Assembly (NCBI RefSeq): GCF_000143415.4 | Contig: NW_003314263.1 | Location: 2,792,041 to 2,856,040 of the forward strand | Direction: 5' to 3' | DNA length: 64,000 nt | Source: Selaginella moellendorffii | Taxonomy: Eukaryota > Plantae > Lycopodiophyta | Part shown: positions 11,603 through 24,900 of the stretch, one piece after another | How the letters are laid out: each line of letters starts with the position of its first letter | Position numbering within the stretch: position 1 is the first letter of the stretch | The notes under the pieces: model-generated | Database searches by the model: none | Seen by the model: only the letters and a program-made list of their open reading frames with translations | What the model was told of the DNA's origin: nothing | Made by a program: the position numbers and the translations under genes

Positions 11603-14600
11603 TGTAGCACACCTGAATTTGGAGCCGAACTCCAAGCCTGTTGCGCTACGAAACGAGGGTCTGGTACAATCCCACGAGCACCAGCTCCCCGTATCCAGCA
11701 CCTGCACGCAAAATGGTGTCAGATGGAGTTTGGCACAATTTTGGCATACCGGTGGCCTAACGCGAGGAGGAGGGTACTCCACCGACTAGAGCAGCATGGA
11801 GCTTGGGCTTAGATCCAAGCCAAACGCAGAACAAGGAGCAACACAGCCTAGCAGGAGCCAAACTAATGTCTCAGGTGGTCGGACATGCATTCCAACCACT
11901 ATCCCTACTATACATTTGGAACCCCCCACAGCCCCCCCCCCCCCCCCCCCTGAGGGACACACGCTTTGGGCTTTCACCCCAAACCTCCCTTAGTACCAGG
12001 AGTTAGTCTCTGGGACAAGTCCGAAACTTACCAAATATGGAATGGCGCTAGATTGCGAATTTGGACACGGGATGAACACCATTGTGTTCAGGCCGACCTC
12101 TACACTCCGTAGATATGCCAAATGAGCAAATCTAGACACTTTTCCATAAATAGTATTTGGGACCGAAATGAGACTAACATAAAGGGCATGATAGCAAGGG
12201 TGTTTGGCAGACACGGTAAACTATCATCCGGCGATATTGAGGGACTAATCTCAATACGCGAGGGTTTTTGTCACTAGCTAGTGCAAGACATAACGAGACG
12301 GGAACTCCTTACCGGGCTAAGTATGCTTAGCTAATAGCACGTAGGAATTCCGTCCTTATGCTTGTCTGGTCTAAGTACACTCGAAATGCCCAGTTAACTC
12401 CACTAGCACAAGAGGGGCTACTAAAAGGATCCAACTGTACCGATCTCTTGCCGTCATGGCAGTAAGGAAAGAGTGTTCGTAAGGACCGGTCGACAAGTAT
12501 CTTTCGATACCCAAAGTCACATTCGCAACACTCTCCCCCCCTTGGGGAAGATCGACGTCCTCGTCGATGCATACCCGAGTCTAACAAACTGTCAAGGAAA
12601 CAACTCCGAAAGTTAACGGAAAGCACACTATGTGGGAAACACACCGACTTAAATGAGTTATGGAACGACTTCTCCTCTACGTCTAGAGACGCTAAGACTC
12701 AGACACCCTCCGGCCGTCACCGACAAGGAAATGACTAACAGAGTTAGCCACCCTTGTTGCTCCGAGTACCACTCGGCTTACAAAGGAATGATACATCCCT
12801 GCCCGCAGGGACATAGGGACCAGGCCAGAGGCCCAACGTCCCCTGAGCAAGAAATCAACCCCGTCGGGAAGATTTAGATAACTACTATAAACTGGCAGAT
12901 TAAGTTGTTTACATGAGCACGCCCCTTTTCGAAATGAGTCATCGAGAGAGAGGCGGGGACTTGTGATCAGTCTATAATAGTTATCCCCATGGTTATGGAT
13001 TGGACCCATGCACCGAAGTGCCGAAGTCAGCCTACCAAAACTGACCCAAGTACTAATGAACGAGAGAAACGACACTTTGACTTATAAAAATAGATTACTT
13101 TATTGATTTGCAAGATTTATTACAAGGTTTACAAAAGCTAAGTTTTATTATTATTCTCATACTCCGTGACAAGCTCACGGGCATGTGTAAGATTACTAAG
13201 AGGCTCCCAAGTTGATTCACAAGTTGGGTAACCTTTCCACTTAACTAGATATTCCTTCACACGAGCCCGTCTCTGGAACCGGGAATCCAAGATAGTTTCT
13301 ACTTCGTATTCAGGTTCACCGTCCACAACATCAGGTGGCGGACAAATCTCCCCTTAACGTGCAACATCCACAGTGTAAGGAGCCAATAGATTGGCATGAA
13401 ATACATTATGAACATTGGACATCTCCGCAGGCAGGTCCAACCGATAGGATACATCACCAATGCATTTTAGCACCCGATAGGGTCCAACATATCTCGGCAA
13501 GAGCTTCCGAGACAAAGAACCCTTAATGTTCAAGTTTCGGGAAGATAGCCACACTTGATCTCCCACTTGATAGGATACATCCCGACAATGCTGATCCTTA
13601 TCACGTCGATACCTATCTTGAGCTTTGCCCATCACCTCAGTTGCTCTAGACCAACCTTGACGTAGCTGCTCCGCATAAGTCTCAATGGCCGGGACCAACA
13701 CTTCGGACATTTGTTTCGGTATAACAATCTGTTGAGGAACCCCACGAGCATTCCCTTGCAGCATCTCCCATGGAGAACAGCCTATAGCGCTGTGAAATGT
13801 GTTGTTATAACATATTTCTGCTGTATCCAAATGCTCAACCCAATCGCGTTGGTCCGCCGCGACATAGTACCGCAGATAATCCTCAACTTGAGCATTCACG
13901 TGTACGGTCTGCCCATCAGTCTAAGGATGATAAGCCGTACTAAACTTCAATTTGGTACCGAACAACTGGAACAGTGTGCCCCAAAACTTCCCCGTAAACC
14001 TTGAATCTCTATTTGAGATCATCTCTTCGGGAAGACCACGAACTCACACTACTTCATGGAAAAAGAGCTTTGCTGCTTGTTTCGCATTTACTGTTCCCAC
14101 AGTTGGAATGAAGTGTGCAATCTTCGACAACAGATCCACAACCACCATCAAAGTATCATAACCCTTAGACTTTGGCAAGCAAGTGACGAAATCAAGTGTC
14201 ACACTCTGAAATGGCCATGCCGGTGCTGAAATGCACTGCAACTTCCTAGCCTGCTTCTCAACTTTGTGCTTACATTGCTGGCATATAGGGCAGGAACGGA
14301 CATAGTCCGCTACATCACCTTCCATACCAGACCAGAAAAATCCCTTTTTCAATGAAGCTAGAGTCTTTTGCTGTCCACCATGTCCCGTTGCCGGAACATC
14401 ATGATGTTCCCGCAGAAATAACTGCTGAAGATCCTTAGAGGGAAGATACAATCTTTCTTGCTTATAGAATATAAGCCCATCCCGAACTGAGAAGTGAAGT
14501 TTCGCATTAGTGCGACTAGCAACTTTTGCTGCTTCGCTACCAGGGCTCTGCTTCAACAACCCTGCACGGCATAAGATTGCCTTCACCAATGGATCACTTC

Positions 14601-17600
14601 TATATGAAGCCCGAACGTCTTCCAACCAGTCCGAACTTATTGCCGATAGTGCCCGGAATTGAGCTTGATGACTCAATGCATCCGGAACAACATTGTCTTT
14701 ACCAGGTTTATATATGATTTCAATATCATATCTAGCAAGCTTCTCTTGCCAATGAGCCTGCTTTGGCGTAAACTTAGGCTGCGTAGCAAAGTAGCTCAGT
14801 GTGTTACTATTTGTATAAACCTTGGTGTGTCCACTCAAGTAGTGTCTTTAGTGTTCCAGGGCCGACACTATAGCAAAAATTTCTTTCTCATGCATTGGCC
14901 ATCTTCATTGGGTTTCATCCAATTTCTTGGAATAGAACGCAACGGGACAACCATGTCGCCTTAGCGTAACACCAACCGCTTTGTCACAATCTTGCTGCAA
15001 CACGGCACCAATAGCATATCCAGATGCATCACAATGCACTTCGAAGGGTTTATCAAGATCTGGGATCCTGAGAACAGGAACCGTAGTCAAGATCTCCTTC
15101 AATTGTACAAAAGCACGCTGACAAGCTAGTGTCCAATGAAATGGAATACTACTCTTCGTCAACTCAGTCAACAGAAGAGCAATTCTTGCAAAATTGCGGA
15201 CAAACTTGTGATAGTATCCCGCCAAACCGAGAAAGGAACGAACATCTGATACAGTGGTCGGGATTTCCCAGGACTTCACCGCTTCCACTTTCTTTGGATC
15301 GACTTCAATCACGCCACCACCAACTATATGTCCGAGAAAGTTTACACGCAATTGACCAAAAACGCATTTACTTTCCTTAGCATACAGTTTGTGTTCGCGC
15401 AACTTCTGAAACACCAGCTCCAAGTGTTTCAAATGATCCTCCAACGTTTCACTAAAGACTAGAACATCGTCAATATATAGGACGACAAATGCATCCAAAT
15501 AATCTCCGAATATTCTATCCATCATAGTGCTGAACATTGCCGGAGCATTGCATAACCCAAATGGCATGACAAGGAACTCATAAGATCCGTACCGAGTCTT
15601 AAAGGTTGTCTTCTCCACATCTTGATCAGCCACCCGTATCTGATGATACCCGGACCGCAAATCAAGTCGCGTAAAATACTTAGCCTTTAAGAGTTGGTCA
15701 AACAAGTCATCAATGCGAGGCAAAGGATAACTGTTCTTAACCGTGATCTTGTTGAGTGCTCGATAGTTAATACACATCCTCATGGTTCCATCCTTTTTCA
15801 TAACAAAAAGGATTAGTGCTCCATAAGGTGACTTGCTGGGTCAGATATGACCTTTGTCAAAAAGCTCCGTGAGTTGCTTCTTGAGTTCAGCCATCTCCTT
15901 GATGTTCAACCGATATGGAGCTTTCGTGGGTGGTTTAGAACCCGGAATAACCTCAATCCGATGATCAACCTCACGGCTAGGGGGTAGCCCTGGTGGCAAA
16001 TCCTTCGGGAAGATATCCTGATTCTGCACCAACAACTCCAATATCTTCTTTGGTACAGGATCAACCCCGTCGCCAATTCGAACAGAGTCACCCACACTCT
16101 CAGCTTCCATCACTTGAACCCAAAAGGTCAGACATCCCCTCTTAGCTGCTTTTTGAGCGGCCCTCGCAGTCATGAACTTGCCATCCCAATCCTTTGAGGA
16201 ACACTTTTGCAACTGGAAGGACACATCAGGTCGTCCCTCGGACTTCAATGTGATACGACTTTGTCCAGCACCATAAATCCCTCTTATATATTTGTTGAAG
16301 AAGTCCATACCAAACACCATCTGAAAATCTGGTATCTTCAACACTACCAAGTCCACTCTTTCTTTCCACTTGGATATCTTTATTGGAACATCACTCACAA
16401 ACTTTTTGGCTACTTGCCCACCTTCCGCAAACCGGAAGTGCATAGACAACATTTGCTCAGCATGCAATCCTAACAACTTAACTAAGTCTTCGGATATCAC
16501 GCTGTGCATAGCTTCCATGTCAATCATCACTCGGATTCGGTGTCCATGGACAAAGCCTACCAGATACATCAACGGATCAGTGTTTGCATTAACTGCAAGA
16601 AAAGCTTGAGGAAAGCAACGAAAGTTACTCACCTCTTCTTCCTCATAGTCTGCATTGACCAACTCGTCAACCCCTTCAGCTTCATCACCACCGTCTTCCC
16701 TCATGACATTAACCCGAGACCTTGTCTTATGCTTGTTGGGACATTCCGAGGACCTATGTCCTGACTCTCCACAATGGAAGCAATGGCCCACACTACCCGT
16801 TCCGCTAGGAGCAGGTTTTGCAAGTTGCTGCTGCTTGTACCCACCAGGAGGAGGAACAGAGGGCCTAGGACCAGAAGAAGCTGCTGGTGGTCTCCAACCA
16901 CCACCACCTTTGTTAACCGTTGCTTGTGAGCCTCCAGGGCGAAACCTGCTTTCCACCCTCTGTTTCCGATCACCTTGTTTATTCCCAGAATTTTTATTCT
17001 TATCTGAGTTACCAGCATACGGTTGCTGATATTGTTCCATGAGCGAGTGACTAAAGGCAACTTGCTACACTGCCTCCTTACACTCCAAATATGTCTTCGG
17101 CTTAAACTTCAAAATCTCATTACGAGAAAGTGAACTTAAACCCTCCAGAAAATAACTCCGAGCATCTTTGTCACTCATATTTGCAATCATAATGCGCTTC
17201 TGAGCAAATGCATTAACGTAATGCATGAGATCCCCTCGCTGCTTTAACCGCCGCAGCTCCGCGCGAAGTCTCAGACCAAGATCATCCGGCAAGTATTCCT
17301 TACAGATACGAGACCGCGTCTTAGTCCAACTTCTAGTCTGCCCTTTTTCAACACACACTTGGCGCCACCAAGTTTTGGCATGATCGGTGAGAAAGGATTG
17401 CGCGCACGCAACTTTCGTACGATCATCTACGTCTGCCGCTATGAAGTAGTTCTCCATATCGTAGACCCAGTCTTCCAAGACTTGATAGTCCTGCATGCCT
17501 CTGAAGTTGGGTGGCTTCGGAGGCTTGAACTTTGAAACTTGTGCAACCAGGGGCGGCTGCAGAACTTCATCGTCCTCAAAACTTGAAGAGGAGTTTGGTT

Positions 17601-18962
17601 GCTTAGGCTTAGCTGGTTTAGCTACCTCAGCTTCTTTCTTCCTCTTCTTGTTCTCCTTCTTCAATTTGCGAATCTCCCTTCGCAAATTCTCAATCTCGAC
17701 TTCTTGAGCCGTACGCTGCAATGCCGCAGCATTTGGCTCTTCCTCTTCCGACTTAGCCTTTGCCTCTTCCGCAGCATCTCTAGCAGGAGTTTCCTCCTCT
17801 CGATTCGCCCGTCTAGAGGTTTCAGCGTCATCAGCACAGTTCCTCTTCACCATCCTGCTAGCTGCATGCATGCCTCTATCAGTAACTGAACATGCATACA
17901 ACATTCTTACCGAATGGTGCAATCCAACTAATCCTACACAGGTCGCTTCAGATCTACTAGAAAAGTCTCTACATATGCAACTTGAGTCAGAAAATCCGAC
18001 AAAAGTTAGATAGGAATCGCTGAGACAATTCCTCTGATACCAAATGTAGCACACCTGAATTTGGAGCCGAACTCCAAGCCCGTTGAACTACGAAACGAGG
18101 GTCTGGTACAATCCCACGAGCACCAACTCCCCGTATCTAGCACCTGCTCGCAAAATGGTGTCAGACTGAGTCTGGCACAATTTTGGCATACCGGTGGCCT
18201 AATGCGAGGAGGAGGGTACTCCACCGACTAGAGCAGTGTGGAGCTTGGGCTTAGACCCAAGCCGGACATAGAACAAAGAGCAACACAGCCCAGTGGGAGC
18301 CAAACTAATGTCTCAGGTGGTCGGACATGCATTCCAACCACTATCCCTACTATACATTTGGAACCCCCCACAGCCCCCCCCCCTGAGGGACACACGCTTT
18401 GGGCTTTCACCCCAAGCCTCCCTTAGTACCAGGAGTTAGTCTCTGGGACAAGTCCGAAACTTACCAAATATGGAATGGTGCTAGATTGCGAATTTGGACA
18501 CGGGATGAACACCATTGTGTTCAGGCCGATCTCTACACTCCATAGATATGCCAAATGAGCAAATCTAGACACTTTCCATAAATAGTATTTGGGACCGAAA
18601 TGAGACTAACATAAAGGGCATGATAGCGAGGGTGTTTGGCAGACATGGTAAGCTATCATCCGGCGATATTGAGGGACTAATATCAATACGCGAGGGTTCT
18701 TGTCACTAGCTAGTGCAAGACATAACGAGACGGGAACTCCTTACCAGGCTAAGTATGCTTAGCTAATAGCACGTAGGAATTCCATTTTTATGCTCGTCCG
18801 GTCTAAGTACACTCAAAATGCCTAGTTAACTCCACTAGCACAAGAGGGGCTACTAAAGGGATCCAACTGTACCGATCTCTTGCCGTCATGGCAGTAAAGA
18901 AAGAGTGTCCGTAAGGACCAGTTGACAAGTATCTTTCGATACCCGAAGTCACATTCGCAACA
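11603..18962 (-). mobile_element. Full-length Ty3/gypsy chromovirus LTR retrotransposon (inactivated)
   Basis: TG...CA LTRs at 11603-12530 and 18045-18962. 5-bp TSD GCCAT (11598-11602 and 18963-18967). tRNA-iMet PBS TGGTATCAGAG next to 18045. PPT at 12531-12547. Gag-pol domain order PR-RT-RH-IN-chromodomain. Confidence 0.97.
13138..17853 (-). pseudogene. gag-pol of the chromovirus (Gag, CCHC knuckle, protease, RT, RNase H, integrase, chromodomain)
   Basis: CFHCGESGHRSSEC; mutated protease site IDMEA; RT YIDD; RNase [10 protein letters not shown]; integrase HHCC and GPY motifs; chromodomain EYEVETIL...YLVKWKGY...TWEP. Broken by stops at 17065, 15841, 14905 and 14044 and by frameshifts. Confidence 0.93.
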
Positions 18963-18976
18963 GCCATGCTAGGAGG

Positions 18977-21900
18977 AAACACCCTCGCTATCATACCCTT
19001 AGCATTAGTCTCAATTCGGTCCCAAATGCTATTTATGGAAAGTGTCCAGATTTACTCATTTGGCATATCTACGGAATGTAAAGATTGGCCTGAACACAAT
19101 GGTGTTCGTCCCGTGTCCAAATTCGCAATCTAGCGCCATTCCATATTTAATAAGTTTTGAGCTTGTCCCAGAGACTAACTCCTAGTACTAAGGGTAGGCT
19201 TGGGGTGAAAGCCCAAAGCGTGTGTTCCTCAAGGGGGGGGGCTGTGAGGGGTTCCAAATGTATAGTAGGGATAGTGGGTAAGTCGGGCATGGCCAACCAA
19301 CCTGAGGCATAGTCTAGCTCCCGCTTGCGTGCCTGTCCTTATTCTGCGTCCGGCTTGGGTCTAAGCCCAAGTTCCATTCCATGCTAGCTGGTGGAGTACC
19401 CATGTCCTCGCGTTAGGCCACCGGTATGCCGAAATAGTGTCAGACTCCGTTTGGCTCCGTTTTGCGTGTTGGTCCTGGCATTAGGATGTTGGTTACTCTA
19501 GGACTGTTCCAAGTCGCTCCGAGCTCTTGTCCCTTCGCTCCTTGGGCTTTATGCTCGGGAGTTGCTCTGTGGTTTGGTTCCATCACTCCTTGGCTCCATG
19601 CTTGGGAGTTTGGCACCGTTCCTTCGTTCAGTGGCCCAAGGCCTTGAACCTTGGGTTCCTATGGACACGTGGCATGGACATGTGGCATGTGACACGTGGC
19701 ATTTGTCACGTGGCACAAAGAGGGTTTAGGTTCCGCTTCGTGGTGTTATCCTATGGTAAATCACCATAGGATAAAGGGTCAAAACCACGTGCGCTACATT
19801 TGGTATCAGAGATCTGTCTTAGCGAGTTTTATCCAATGAGATTGGGCAACTAGTCTCGTTGCATACGCAGAGATGAAAACGATGATCTGAGTGGGTACAC
19901 GTTTGGGTGCAAAGGCTTCGCAATCGTTCCTTGGGTAAAAACCACCACGTTTACTTTGGCCAATATATCCACGTGGTATTGGTTACCTTGTTGTACCATG
20001 TAATGTGAGCTTGCTCTTGGGCTCATAAGAGACATTGAGTTGTTCCATTCGCACGAGTTTGAGCTTAGGCTTGTGAGTGAGGCACATTAGCAACTTGAGG
20101 TTACACTTTGAGTTGGTAGGATTAATGTTAGCCTATTAATGGTTCCATGAGTGTTCCAATGGTTCCACAAGTTGTTCCATGTACCATTGGTGAAAGTAAA
20201 CCTTCCCTAGGTTTGCTATGAGTGGCAAATAGGCTAGTCTGTAGCTGTTTAGCACGGCACTAGTGGATCCTTCCTAGGCATGACTACAAGTGGATCAATT
20301 AAGTCGATAGGGATTAGTCTATTAATTCAAGTAATTATTGCCACGCTCTCTCATAAACTTTTCTTGGATTGGACTGAAGGCAGTGCGAAAGCAAGCTTGA
20401 GGTTAAGTCAAAGATGAGACTGAAAAGAGAGTCATCAGGGACGAAGGATCAAACACGTAAATCATTTTCTCTTCTCGGAGAGATGATTTGCAACGAGGTG
20501 TGACTCATTGCTCGTGTTCACATTATGCAATCAAGAGTCCCTACCTTGATGCATGTTAGAGATGATGGTCTTACAAATGGTGAGTTGTGGGATGGATAGC
20601 GGTGAAGTGCTATACCATTTTGTCTAGGCTTGCTATTGGAGGACTTGGGTTGCAATGCTCAATTCTTTTCTGGGGAACCTTGCTATTACTCCTTGAGTAG
20701 CTTGGTGTTGGATTAGTTTTGAGTTTGGTCGGAAAGAGAGTGGCATGAGCTTGTCCATGTTGTGAACAAAAGTTGGTGGTGTTCAATGTTGTAAATCTCT
20801 ATCGGTAGAGTGTGGCATTTATGTTGCATTTTGTCGAATCGAGTTAACACTTGATATTCACATAAACCTTTGAAGTAATGATATGGATGTTGCTCATGGT
20901 ATTGCTCAATTGATAATCCAGTCATTGTGATTTCTATATCATATCCATGTGATAATGAGCAATGTGTTTACGAAGTTGCTTGGTTAAACGATGATCAACC
21001 CCAAAGTGGTTGATGGTGAAGCTAGTCTACTTGCACGAAATAGCATTGTAGTAGCTTTGACTGGATTCTCAATGGTGGTCCATTATGCTAAGCTTAAGTT
21101 GGTTCCTTGTTCCTTGAGGGTTTGCCCATAAGGTGTTGGAAAATGGTTGTAACATTCATTTGCTATAGCTTGTCAGTAGAACCGTTAGCACTTGGAGTAG
21201 ATTGCCGGATGGAGAAGGTGTGTAGTTGAGGCATTGACATCACTAGCACTTGTGTTAGTGGAAATGGCATTGTTATTCGAGTGATGAGGAATTTTCCTTA
21301 GAGCTTGATTTTCCATGTCATTTTTCTTGTTAGTATTTAGGCTTCACATTGGATCCTGAAAGTGGTTGAAGAAGAGTGTTAGTGCAATGTAGATACTTGA
21401 AGATGTGGTCTTCGTGATCAAGCCTTGGATGTTTACTTTGCATTTTGAGGATGTCGGTGTTGGATGTTGAAAAATGGGCAAAAGATGTTCGATGCTTAAG
21501 CATGCTATTGGGTCTTGAGAATTTGTGTTGAGGTGAACTTATGTGAAGTTGTTAGTAGGAGGAAGTTGGTTGAGTCTTGAAAGTTTGTATTCCTAGAATG
21601 AGAGTCATTCTTTCTCTAGGATGGAAATTTTCTACAAATTTTCTTAGACTTATCCAATGGCTGATCTGTTGATCACTTTGCCCGAAAACCATTCCGTTTT
21701 CATAAGCCAATACAAACTAGTGAAATGGTTGGAGTTGACTTCAGTTGATTTAAACCTTAGTAGATAGTTTGTATGATGCAGCCTGAAAGGGATGCTGACT
21801 TTTGGAGCTAAAGCAATTGAGTTGGATAGAGTCTGGAGTTGATGTAGAAGAGTGGCCGTTGCACTTTTCTAAGAAATGTGACCCTTGTGCCTTTCTTCTG

Positions 21901-24900
21901 TAGTGTTATGCTTGGTGGCAAGTTGCACCCTGCATTTTGTTAGACTCTATGAGAGTAGTGAGCTCTCACTGATCTTGACTTGGTCTTGGTAGCCTTGCGC
22001 CTTGGCTGAGGATGGTGATGTCCAACTTAGTTGTTTGCGGTGAGATGTTGGTACCCATACTATAGCTTTGTCTAAGTGGAGGTTGTGTACCGACATGAGT
22101 CCATCTCATGGTCTTCACTTGAGTTTCGACTTAGTATTGATCATGTGTAGCTAGCCTCTTCAAGGCATGCTCAGAGCTATTGACTAGATGTGTTGGTGAG
22201 CTTAGCGCAGTTGAGTTGGATTCAAGTGGTCAATTAGTTTGTGCTTGTCCATGAACCTTTATCTTGTACCTGGGATATTACATTCATGTTGGCCAAGCAT
22301 ATAACTTAGTGGCGTGAGTTTAGTGTTTGGGTCTTGTGAAGGCAAGTTGAATAGTGATTGTTGGTTGCTTTGCAACTAGTGATTGCTTGTAGACTTCGTC
22401 AAAGACTTCTGATACTTGCTTCACTCGATGAAGATTTAGCAGTGGTGGGCTTGCTTTATCGGATGGTGTTGCAGAGGATCGTGTCGTTAGACTTACATGG
22501 GTTTTCCATGTTGGCGTGTCGACTCTACTTCTGTCGATATCACTTGGTTGCGTTTAGTTCGTGGTGTTGGATTTCATTGAGTCTTGGATGTGGTGATTCA
22601 CTCCTTGATGAAGTGTTATCTGTAACTGAGTTTTGCTGAAGGATTGGTCTCGGATACTGAGTTAAGTATCTTCAACTTTGGTTAGCTTAGTTGCTAGAGA
22701 GTTTTGAGTGGTGATTCACTCTTGCTTTCTTCTAGCTTTGTTATGGTGTTAATGGCATTGAAGTGATGCCTTGTCATTAATATTATTGATGTTGAGATTC
22801 AAGTGATATGAAATGTTTCTCCTTAGGTTTGACATTGAGTTTCATTAGTCTTGACAAAGATAGTGTTGATGATTTGGCTATAGCTTTGTGTTATTGGCAT
22901 TCGTGCATTTGCTAGTTAGCAACTGTATTGATGTTCAAATGCGCTGAGTGGCAAGTTGAGTTAGTGGTGTTCTAGACGAGATTGTTTAGTAGAGGATGAG
23001 TTTTAGCTTTTCCTTGAAAAGTGATTTAATCCTGGACAACACTAATTTTACGAGATGAAGAGTTAGTGATTGATATTAACATGTTTGAATCCTTATTGGA
23101 TTTGAGTTGGGATATATCAATCATTGATGATTCTTCTTATGCTTGTTATGAAGTGAGTTATGTCTTGCTATAGATGGATTCATGGAGGATTGTTTAGTGA
23201 TCATTTGTTGAGCATAGTTTCGTTATGCTTAGCTTTTGGATTGATGCAGACATGCTCTTCGTTAGCTTTGGCATTATGAAGTTTAGCTTATGGATGTGTT
23301 GAGGAGGATATTGTGGGTTACACCATGATTTCTTCTTTAGCATTGAAATTAGTTCATGCAAGACTTGTGATCATTGTTAGGCAAGACTTGGCTATGGGCT
23401 TCTTCGAGCTTTTGGTTCTTTGAGTTTTATGCTCATTGTTCCATTTGTTAGGAGTTGTTGGGGAAGGCATTTTAGCTCATTAGCTTCAATGTTGACGTTG
23501 GCTTTTGCATCTAACAATCATTAGTGATGATTGACTGTCAGCTAGGGTAGTTGATTCTCCTTATCAAAAGGTTTTGCTTGATTATTGTTGCTCAAGAATG
23601 ATTTGTTATTCTTCTGGATGGTAGATTCTTTCTTCAACAATGATTATGCATCACTGCATTGATGGGATGATTGATGATCTTTTATGATAGTTAGTTGTTC
23701 TCTTTGATGGTTTTTGGCTTTTCGCAATACCACATGTTCTTTGTGGTTTGCTTTGGATTGGTCTCTTGGGTTTGAGACATCGATAGGATGTTGCTGACAC
23801 TTGCTTGAGCAACTCTGATTCCTTGGTATTGTTGACCAGGATCTATTAAGATTGGCTAGTGTAATAGTTGGCGTGAATGAGTGTTTGTTGGTCTTACCAC
23901 ATTCATTCTGTTCTGTTGATTGTTGCTCGAGTCACTTCTGATAGATTGAATGTTATTACCTTTGGGTGATACATTCGCGAGCATCTTGCTTGCCAGTCGA
24001 TGATACTTTGTGTTCTTTGAGTTATCTTTAGTAAATTGTTTGGCATACTATCTGTCATCTTTAGTAGTTAAGTTTCATCATTAAGTTTCCTTGATGATAT
24101 ACTTGCTATTGAATTGTGTTGGATGGTGATTCCTATGTTTACCACTTATAATGATCTTGGTGGTTCCTGTACTATACTACTAGTTTATCGGATGATACCT
24201 TACTTGGAATACTTTTGTGTTCTAATTTAAGATATATTCACTGATAATTAAGACTCTAAGATATCATTGTCTCTGACTTTGATATTGTCCATCTATTGAT
24301 CTTTGAGTTTGGGCCAGTATAGGCAAACTAGCTTCAGCACTTCGTGTGCATGGTGAAATCTCTAGTCATGGGGTAGCTACTGTCGACTGGTCACATAACC
24401 CGCCTCTTTGTCGATGTTCCTTATTCTGTTGAAAGGGCACGACCGTGTAAACAACTCTAACTGCCTGTTTACAGTAGTCTATCTAAACCTTACCGACGGG
24501 TTTGGTTTCTTTGCTTATGAGGGTTGGGGCCTCTAGCTTCTCTCTCTATATCCCTGCGGGCAGGGGCGTATCACACTTTTGTAAGCTGGGTGACTCCCAG
24601 AGCAGCAAGGGTGGCTGACTTCGTTGGTCATTTCCTTGTCGGTGATGGCCGGAAGGTGTCTGAGCTGGTAGCGCATCCGCGTTAGACAAAGAGGTTGCCT
24701 CCTAACTCATTTAAGTTGGTGCATTTTTCACATAGTGTGAATACCGTGAACTTTTTTTGGAGTTGTTTCCTTGGTGGTATTCTAGACTCGAGTGTGCATC
24801 GACGAGGACGTCGATCTTCCCTAGGGGGGGAGAGTGTCGCGCATGTGACTTCGGGTATCGAAAGTTACCTGTCAACCAGTCCTTACGGACACTCTTACCT

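Noticed and set aside
11523-12214. Short ORFs in the LTRs (also at 18006-18426, 19462-19769 and 24695-25939)
   Set aside because: They recur only because the LTRs are repeated, and they show no protein motifs.
17041-17067. Programmed read-through of TAG between the gag ORFs (TAG CAA GTT, in frame)
   Set aside because: It does not match the UAG-CAR-YYA signal and falls mid-Gag before the zinc knuckle. The element has several similar transition-derived stops.
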